This document shows, piece by piece, positions 58,285 to 64,000 of a stretch of 64,000 nucleotides of DNA. Location: positions 1,426 to 65,425 of the forward strand of contig JAYRXC010000024.1 of NCBI GenBank assembly GCA_041917655.1, read 5' to 3'. How positions within the stretch are numbered: position 1 is the stretch's first letter; each line of letters opens with the position of its first letter. Under the pieces are notes generated by a model. It searched no databases and was not told the origin of the DNA. It saw only the letters and a list, made by a program, of their open reading frames with translations. This DNA comes from Ignavibacteria bacterium. Lineage in GTDB: Bacteria > Bacteroidota > Ignavibacteria > Tepidaquicellales > OLB5. Both the position numbers and the translations under genes were made by a program.

Positions 58285-58845
58285 TTATTTCCTGATCTTT
58301 GCTTCTTTTAAAACAGCAGATGTACCTGCCAGCCTTGTCACCACTTCATATATGCCGAATAAAGCTGCGGAATAGAACAGGTCGCCTGCAAGTGAATTAC
58401 GGAAGAACGGGATAGCCATTGTGTAGCACTCAGCCAGTCCTTTGAAGTTCATTTCATACATCATTCCGCTTGTCCACACGCCAAAGTTGGTAAGCAGGAA
58501 GAAAAACACTGAAGCAACAAGTGTTGAGGCGAAAATGTAACCGGCCTTGCCTGCGCCGCTTCTGTTCTCGACTCTTTTCTTGAGCCAGAGGCCGATAAGC
58601 GCAACAACAGCAAATGAGCCGTAAACCCATTCAATGCCTGCGTAGAACCCGATAAACAGGTCGCTTAAAAGCATTGCGGTGATTGGCAGTATGAACGCGA
58701 ATTTTTTATCCATATACACGCCGGCAAACAATGCTATTGCCGCTATCGGCGCGAAGTTCATTGGATGGGGAATCAGCCTTGAAAAGGCAGCAAACAGTAT
58801 AAGAACTGCTGCTATGATAAAGTTTGTCATTTTAGAGTTATTCAT
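58285..58845 (-). CDS. Small six-TM membrane protein, candidate corrinoid transporter component (function inferred from context only)
   Basis: 186 aa with six hydrophobic segments and the '[20 protein letters not shown]' motif. Sits between the TonB-dependent receptor and metH, with 20-nt and 10-nt gaps. Confidence 0.65.
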   Translation of the reverse strand: MNNSKMTNFIIAAVLILFAAFSRLIPHPMNFAPIAAIALFAGVYMDKKFAFILPITAMLLSDLFIGFYAGIEWVYGSFAVVALIGLWLKKRVENRSGAGKAGYIFASTLVASVFFFLLTNFGVWTSGMMYEMNFKGLAECYTMAIPFFRNSLAGDLFYSAALFGIYEVVTRLAGTSAVLKEAKIRK

Positions 58846-58865
58846 TTAATGATATTCTCCTGTAT

Positions 58866-60854
58866 TTAGTATTTAATATTTATTTCTGTTTTGAAATTTC
58901 TAAGCGGCATCGGGTAGCCCGGCAAGACGCTGTAGCTTTCGTTTAATAAGTTGTTGGCTATGAACTTCAGTCCGACTTCAATATCTCCGGCCTGAAAGCC
59001 CAGCCCTATATTTCCGTCAAGGACATCATACCTCGGAATGAATTCCGTATTTTCAAAATTGGTATATCTCCTTGTGGAAAAATTGTAAAACAGGCTAAAA
59101 GATACAAATTTTATAAATTTACTTGTAGTCAAATAATTCAGCATAATTGAAGCTTTTAGCATCTCTTTTGGCAGGTAAATAAGCTGCTTATTGTAAGAAG
59201 GGTCTCCCGGGTAATCTTCGTTTTTCTTCATAGCGCTGCCAAAAGTATAATTTATAGCGGTTTGCGTTGTGAGCTTCTTAGCCAGTGCAAACACCGAGCG
59301 CAGGCTTACATCAATACCTTCGCTTCTTACTTTGCCTACATTTATGGGTTTCCATATTGCTGCCGATTCAGGCGTCCACAAAATGCGGTCTGTTGTATTG
59401 ATATTGTAATAGGATATTTCAAGCTCATGTTCGGCGGCCAGATTTAGCCTGTAATAGATTCCTGCGTCAAAGCTGATGGAGCGCTCAGGCTTCAAATCCG
59501 GATTGCCGATATCCTTCCAGTAAAGCTCGTTGAATGTCGGCGCGCTGAAGTTGTTGCCAAAGGATGATTTGAAATGCAGGTCAGCAGCTGCAAATGGTTT
59601 GATATTCACTCCAAGCTTGCCTGTTACAACATTTTTGGTGTTAATGTTGGAAAAATGGTCATACCGCACGGTTGGGTAGATAGTGAAAACCGGCGAGCCC
59701 TTTCGCAGGAATTCGAATTTCCCCGCCCATAGAGCAGCAGCCTGGAATTGTTTGCCTTCATCGGTCTCATTGCTTGTGATATTACTGAACGATACTTCAG
59801 CGCCTGCATCGAAGCTGTAATTCTTCTCAGGCACAAAGCTGAACACATTTGATGCAGAATAATTATTCAGCCTGTAGAAGCTGTTGATGGGCGAAGAAAA
59901 CCCAAATGTTGCCGGATCAAAGTATTTCTGCAGCGCGTTGCGGTATCCAAGTGTTGACTTCATCGTAAGAACACGAGAGATCCTGCGAAACAGTGAAGCG
60001 CCCGAAAAAATATTTTTATCTATCTGCCTCGCTATTCCCGTAGCATAGCCGATGTCAATCCCGGGTACTCCTCTTTCGAAATGAGTATAGTTAGCAAACA
60101 GTTCCAGCATTACTTTATCACTTTCGGAAAAAGTTAAATCAGCATCGAATGACTGCGTGTTATAGTCAGAGTTTTCCCTGTTCCTCAACACTTTGTTAAC
60201 ACCGCTATTGAGGTAGTAATCAAAATCATTCTTTGCCCTGTTATCCGAAAATGAAATGCTGTAGCCGGCGGTTGAAACTCCTTTCAGCCTGAATCCCTGC
60301 GAGAATCTGCCGAAGAAATTTTTTTGACCGTAAGAACCTAAACCTGCCTTCAATGTGAATCCAAACGGCGCGGCAGGAACATTGGTTTTGGTGATAATAT
60401 TAATTACCCCGCCGATAGCTTCGCTGCCGTAGAGCGCCGATGAACCGCCTTTGGAGATCTCGATGCGTTCAATATTATCCAGATCGTAAAGTGAAAGATC
60501 GACCTGAGCATTCTGGCTGCTGTTAAGCCTGATGCCATTCAGCAGGATAAGCGTATGCTCGCTTTGAGTGGCATTTAGTGATATGGTCTTGGTGCCGGAG
60601 TTAAATCCGTAATCCTTAACATACACTGCGTCACTCAGTTTCAGCGCATCCGGCAGCGAAGTGCCGTTAAGCGATGAAATGAACTCCCCATCCATTACCT
60701 GAATCTTATTTGGCGCGGTAGAGTTTGTCATCTTTACACGGTTTGATTCAACAACTATCTCGCCGGTAACGACGCTATCCATCCTTTGCGAATACAACTC
60801 CCCGCAGAGAACAGCTGCCATGAGAAGAACAAGTATATTGATGTAACATCTCAT
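58866..60854 (-). CDS. TonB-dependent outer-membrane receptor (BtuB-like by riboswitch context)
   Basis: Signal peptide, plug domain ('ISKGGSSALYGSEAIGGVINIITK'), a 22-strand-type barrel, and the C-terminal 'NFKTEINIKY'. The ATG at 60854 overlaps the upstream stop by 1 nt (TGATG). Confidence 0.9.
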   Translation of the reverse strand: MRCYINILVLLMAAVLCGELYSQRMDSVVTGEIVVESNRVKMTNSTAPNKIQVMDGEFISSLNGTSLPDALKLSDAVYVKDYGFNSGTKTISLNATQSEHTLILLNGIRLNSSQNAQVDLSLYDLDNIERIEISKGGSSALYGSEAIGGVINIITKTNVPAAPFGFTLKAGLGSYGQKNFFGRFSQGFRLKGVSTAGYSISFSDNRAKNDFDYYLNSGVNKVLRNRENSDYNTQSFDADLTFSESDKVMLELFANYTHFERGVPGIDIGYATGIARQIDKNIFSGASLFRRISRVLTMKSTLGYRNALQKYFDPATFGFSSPINSFYRLNNYSASNVFSFVPEKNYSFDAGAEVSFSNITSNETDEGKQFQAAALWAGKFEFLRKGSPVFTIYPTVRYDHFSNINTKNVVTGKLGVNIKPFAAADLHFKSSFGNNFSAPTFNELYWKDIGNPDLKPERSISFDAGIYYRLNLAAEHELEISYYNINTTDRILWTPESAAIWKPINVGKVRSEGIDVSLRSVFALAKKLTTQTAINYTFGSAMKKNEDYPGDPSYNKQLIYLPKEMLKASIMLNYLTTSKFIKFVSFSLFYNFSTRRYTNFENTEFIPRYDVLDGNIGLGFQAGDIEVGLKFIANNLLNESYSVLPGYPMPLRNFKTEINIKY

Positions 60855-61945
60855 CAATTATATTTGAACGCCATTTTCTTAGGAAATTTTCCGCCAATAT
60901 CCGGAAAGGTATTCAGCAGGTTTCCGCTCAGATCATACACCCGTACTTCACCATTTGCCGTGCCGCTTTTGGAATTTGCTATATATATTCTGTGATTGAT
61001 CCTGTCGAACGATATTCCGTAAACATCATCTGTGCCGGTGAACTGGATATTGAATGAGGGGTCTATAGTGCGGGTCTGCACATCCACTTTGTAAACCCTT
61101 TTGCCCACATTGGAAGCAAATGATGTATCTGCAACCCCCAAAACCAGCAGAACATGAGAGTCCACAGCGATCATTGAGCCTATAGCAGGCTCGGGTATGG
61201 ACATTGTCATGGAATCGCCTATGGTATTGAACTGCTGGATTATTGAATAGATCTTTTTGCCGGAATAGGTTGAGATGTATATCCTGTTCTCGCCTTCTGT
61301 AACACAAACCGGCGGTGTATCAAAATAGAATTTGTTGACCTGGTAAGTATTTTTATTAACTATTGCGACAGAGTTTTCAAAAGTATAGCTCTGCTTGGCA
61401 ACGTAGAGATAATCGCCGTAAAGAACGATATCAGATGGATTGCTGCCGACCCGGATGGAATCAGCAATTATATTCAGGTTATTATCAAGCACAGTAATAT
61501 GATCACCGGCTGTATTTGTCACATACAGGTTGCCGTTATATTCACCCGCTGCTGAATATGGATTCGTGCCGAAATTGCGCGAAGTTATGAGCTGGTTTGT
61601 TGATGGGTTTATCTTGTAGATCGTACCGGCCTGTCCGTAAGTTCCCTGGGATATGACAAACAGGGTGCTCCCGTTTAGCAGCATCCCGTCTGGTGTTGAG
61701 TTGAGCGCCATACCGCTGTTTGAATTCTGGAACACATTGGCATTCACAGTACCGCTATCAGTATTTATAAATGCATAGTCGTATGAGGTTGGCTGACCGA
61801 ACGAGCCCTCGTAAAGAACGAAAACTCCTTTTGTTGTAGTGACCGGATTATTGTATACAATTTCTTCTTCACCGCAGCCGGTAAAGAAAACAGCAATAAA
61901 AAATGAGGTAATAAAAAACAAAAAAACTGATTTGAACTTTTTCAT
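60854..61945 (-). CDS. Beta-propeller (YncE-like) lipoprotein, first gene of the cobalamin-riboswitch operon
   Basis: Signal ending in Cys (FFIAVFFTGC-GEEE). Repeated 'G..P..I......LYV.N' blade-like segments. Paralogous to 50642..51694. Confidence 0.75.
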   Translation of the reverse strand: MKKFKSVFLFFITSFFIAVFFTGCGEEEIVYNNPVTTTKGVFVLYEGSFGQPTSYDYAFINTDSGTVNANVFQNSNSGMALNSTPDGMLLNGSTLFVISQGTYGQAGTIYKINPSTNQLITSRNFGTNPYSAAGEYNGNLYVTNTAGDHITVLDNNLNIIADSIRVGSNPSDIVLYGDYLYVAKQSYTFENSVAIVNKNTYQVNKFYFDTPPVCVTEGENRIYISTYSGKKIYSIIQQFNTIGDSMTMSIPEPAIGSMIAVDSHVLLVLGVADTSFASNVGKRVYKVDVQTRTIDPSFNIQFTGTDDVYGISFDRINHRIYIANSKSGTANGEVRVYDLSGNLLNTFPDIGGKFPKKMAFKYN

Positions 61946-61989
61946 ATTTCTCCCGATGAAAAAAGTTAGTTATAAAATTGGTTTGTTAC

Positions 61990-62030
61990 AAAAACAAAAC
62001 TCCCTGCTTCTAAATGACACGGGAGAAAAC
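61990..62030 (-). terminator. Possible riboswitch expression-platform terminator
   Basis: The minus strand reads ...tctcccgtgtcatttagaagcagggag-ttttgttttt. It has a short stem (ctccc / gggag; an alternative 7-bp pairing uses the upstream ctccctg) plus a U-tract. It lies between the aptamer and the first start codon. Confidence 0.35.
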
Positions 62031-62114
62031 AAATACATGGTCATATAGAGACAGGGAGTCCCAATTTTTTCAGTTAACATGTAATCTTTGCCCTCGAAGA
62101 TCATTACAGAAGAT

Positions 62115-62285
62115 ATTTCCGGCAGGTCTCCTGGCTTAAGAGCAATTAACGGTAAGTCTTCCCATCAATAAAACGATAGTGACGTAACAAATACCGGTCT
62201 TCTCTATTACAGTTGCGGGGACAGCCCAGGATTATTCAGTATTTTGAACAAGCTTCACCTGGTTCCCTATTATTCACCATTTAAG
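62115..62285 (-). promoter_or_regulatory. Cobalamin (B12) riboswitch
   Basis: The reverse complement contains the hallmark elements in the correct order. These are 'AGGGAACCAGGTGAA' (rc of 62254-62268), 'CCTGGGCTGTCCCCGCAACTGTAA' (rc of 62207-62230), 'GTCACT...GATGGGAAGAC', and the B12 box 'AGCCAGGAGACCTGCC' (rc of 62121-62136). Confidence 0.85.
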
Positions 62286-62408
62286 TTAAGTGAACCGAAA
62301 ATAATTCTCCGCTTTAAGCGGAAGTATAACAAAGAGCTGTTTTACAAAAATAGGGAAATTAATGTTAAAGAGAAATGGAGAATATTCAGACCGTAACTTC
62401 TCAAATTT

Positions 62409-62474
62409 GTCGTGCTGAGCGGAGTCGAAGCACAATAGTATGAGGTTTCACCCTTCGACTTCGCTCAGGGTGAC
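62409..62474. repeat. Inverted pair of REP-like units, family C (ctgagcg[ga]agtcgaag)
   Basis: gtcgtgctgagcggagtcgaagcac ... cacccttcgacttcgctcagggtgac. The arms pair over about 16 nt with one mismatch. Confidence 0.7.
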
Positions 62475-62607
62475 ATATCTCATCAGTATTGAATTTGAAT
62501 ATGGGATATTACAACACACCCCGGCACTAAAGTGCCACCCCTCTCAAGAGGGGAATTATTCCATTCCTGTTTCCCAAACTCTGATTAGGGAGAAGATTAG
62601 CAAGTTG

Positions 62608-62767
62608 AATGCTCCTCTCTCCTCTCAGGAGAGGGGCCGGGGGTGAGGTGATAATCAAAAGATACTCGGTCACGATATTCGTAGCACGAGGGGATTAACA
62701 AGCAATGCTCCCCTCTCCTCTCTGGAGAGGGGCCGGGGGTGAGGTGATAATCAAAAGATACTCGGTC
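62608..62767. repeat. Two ~64-bp direct repeats (period 96 bp), each containing a family-B hairpin
   Basis: aatgctcc[t/c]ctctcctctc[a/t]ggagaggggccgggggtgaggtgataatcaaaagatactcggtc occurs at 62608-62671 and 62704-62767. Confidence 0.85.
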
Positions 62768-62921
62768 CACGAAGGTCCAGTTTCGTGCTAATTCGTGAAA
62801 TTCGTGGATAAAATTTTTGGTCATTTCTCTACCCTATTTCTAAATTTCTTATCATTTTATTATTTACGATATTTGTAATTACACAAATTGGGAGGATTTG
62901 GCTTTCAAAACGCAGAATTTG

Positions 62922-64000
62922 ATGAAATTTGAAGAAATGGAGCTGTCGGGATTCGGGAAATATCCCAAAGCTCTTTGCAAAGTTACTCGGCCAAACGGCA
63001 TTAACGAAGTGCTTGAGTGTTTGAAGTCCGGTTCGGTTATTTCCCGCGGCCTTGGCCGCAGCTACGGCGATGCTTCGGTAAACGATAAAGGCATTGTAGC
63101 AGAATCATTGATAATGAACAAGTTCATATCTTTCGATGATACAACGGGTATTCTAAGATGTGAAGCGGGTGTGACGTACAAAGATATCCTTGATACATTC
63201 GTAAGCCGCGGCTGGTTCCCTGCTGTTACACCCGGAACAAAATATGTAACCATGGGCGGCGCGCTGGCAAGCGATGTGCACGGCAAGAATCACCATAAAG
63301 AAGGATCATTTTCAAGCTACGTTATCAGCTTTAAAATACTAATTGCATCAGGGGAAATTCTTCAGTGCTCAAGGGAACAGAACGCGGATCTTTTCTGGGC
63401 AACAGTCGGGGGAATGGGCTTAACGGGTTTTATTCTGGAAACAGAAATTAAGCTAAAGAAAATAAGCTCACCCTATCTTGTGAACAAAGCCATTAAGCTG
63501 AAAAATCTGGATGAGCTTTTCTCAAATTTCGAAGAGCACGACGCAGACTACCTGTACTCAGTGGCATGGATGGATATAGTAGCTTCAGGCAGCAAATACG
63601 GGAGGAATATCCTGCTGCTGGGAAATCACTGCGAAAGCGGTGAGCTTACCGATAAGCTTCGGAAGAAAGCCGCCGAAAAATATGTTGAGAAGAAAATTTC
63701 AGTACCGTTCGAGATACCGTTCACAACTCTCAACAAGCTTTCAATTACCCTTTTTAATAATGCCTACTATATGAAGGCAAGATCCAAAACAGACTTCCAG
63801 CATTACGATAAATATTTCTATCCTCTTGATTTCATTTTGAACTGGAATCATATATACAGCAAAAGCGGGCTGATACAGTACCAGCTTAACATTCCCGAAG
63901 AATCAGGCAAAGATGCCGTGGATAAAGTGCTGAAAAAAGTTGTAGCTTCAGGCGGCGGGTCATTCCTTGCCGTACTGAAAAAAATGGGCGACCAGGACGG
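62922..64000 (+). CDS. FAD-binding oxidoreductase, DprE1-like (decaprenylphosphoryl-ribose oxidase family); 3' end outside the window
   Basis: I translated this by hand from the ATG at 62922; the frame stays open to the window end. Sequence reads MKFEEMELSGFGKYP...RGLGRSYGDAS...TPGTKYVTMGGALASDVHGKNHH...LFWATVGGMGLTG...YSVAWMD...WNHIYSKSGLIQYQ. It is absent from the ORF track because it has no stop. Confidence 0.8.
   Translation, partial: MKFEEMELSGFGKYPKALCKVTRPNGINEVLECLKSGSVISRGLGRSYGDASVNDKGIVAESLIMNKFISFDDTTGILRCEAGVTYKDILDTFVSRGWFPAVTPGTKYVTMGGALASDVHGKNHHKEGSFSSYVISFKILIASGEILQCSREQNADLFWATVGGMGLTGFILETEIKLKKISSPYLVNKAIKLKNLDELFSNFEEHDADYLYSVAWMDIVASGSKYGRNILLLGNHCESGELTDKLRKKAAEKYVEKKISVPFEIPFTTLNKLSITLFNNAYYMKARSKTDFQHYDKYFYPLDFILNWNHIYSKSGLIQYQLNIPEESGKDAVDKVLKKVVASGGGSFLAVLKKMGDQD

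Noticed and set aside
54872-58311. Numerous 60-120-aa plus-strand ORFs inside metH (and similar ORFs inside addA/addB, the S9 peptidase gene, recG and others)
   Set aside because: They lie entirely within, and antisense to, genes with unambiguous conserved motifs, so they are chance ORFs.
62597-62824. A 75-aa minus-strand ORF
   Set aside because: It is a read-through of the two 64-bp direct repeats. The peptide repeats 'DRVSFDYHLTPGPSPERR' twice, so it is a repeat artefact and not a gene.
1-64000. tRNA, rRNA, tmRNA, transposase, integrase and prophage signatures
   Set aside because: I scanned the intergenic regions and ORF translations and found no T-loop or anticodon-arm-like structures, no rRNA-like conserved blocks, and no DDE, tyrosine or serine recombinase motifs.

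Overview
The window looks like ordinary chromosomal DNA from an FCB-group bacterium (Ignavibacteria/Bacteroidota-like). That guess rests on three secreted proteins ending in the '...NYPNPFNPST...GIYFY...KKMILVK' type IX secretion (T9SS) C-terminal sorting domain, frequent overlapping or tightly spaced genes, and several families of short palindromic REP-like repeats. I saw no rRNA, tRNA, CRISPR array, transposase or integrase.

Most genes are recognisable housekeeping functions:
- DNA repair and nucleotide metabolism: photolyase, DinB-family protein, an AddAB-like helicase-nuclease pair, RecG, dCMP deaminase.
- Central and cofactor metabolism: isocitrate dehydrogenase, PdxH, MetH, CobO, TsaD.
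- Transport and membrane: TerC, MgtE, a CPBP protease, a PAP2 protein.
- Peptidases and glycan functions: an S9 peptidase, glycosylasparaginase, a WbpB-like oxidoreductase, a WbaP-like sugar transferase, WecB.

The most interesting signals are:
1. A cobalamin riboswitch on the minus strand (about 62115-62285) heads a tightly packed operon. The order is a beta-propeller lipoprotein, a TonB-dependent receptor, a six-TM small membrane protein, then B12-dependent metH. No btuFCD genes are present. A paralogue of the propeller lipoprotein lies next to cobO. These lipoproteins are candidate surface corrinoid-capture proteins.
2. An array of about 17 heptamers, organised partly as 21-bp units, fills the cobO-propeller intergenic region.
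3. A cluster of an outer-membrane protein, an NfrB-like processive GT2 synthase and WecB suggests a ManNAc-type exopolysaccharide system. The synthase lacks the c-di-GMP-binding C-terminal domain of E. coli NfrB.
4. Three full-length paralogues of an uncharacterised helical protein of about 480-490 aa occur within 8 kb.
5. An amidohydrolase-fold protein has lost its metal-binding motif and is translationally coupled to a glycosylasparaginase.
6. There is a perfect-phase 19-bp x4 tandem repeat, and a dense cluster of at least four REP-like hairpin families at 62.4-62.8 kb.

All functional calls come from reading motifs in the supplied translations. No database search was run.
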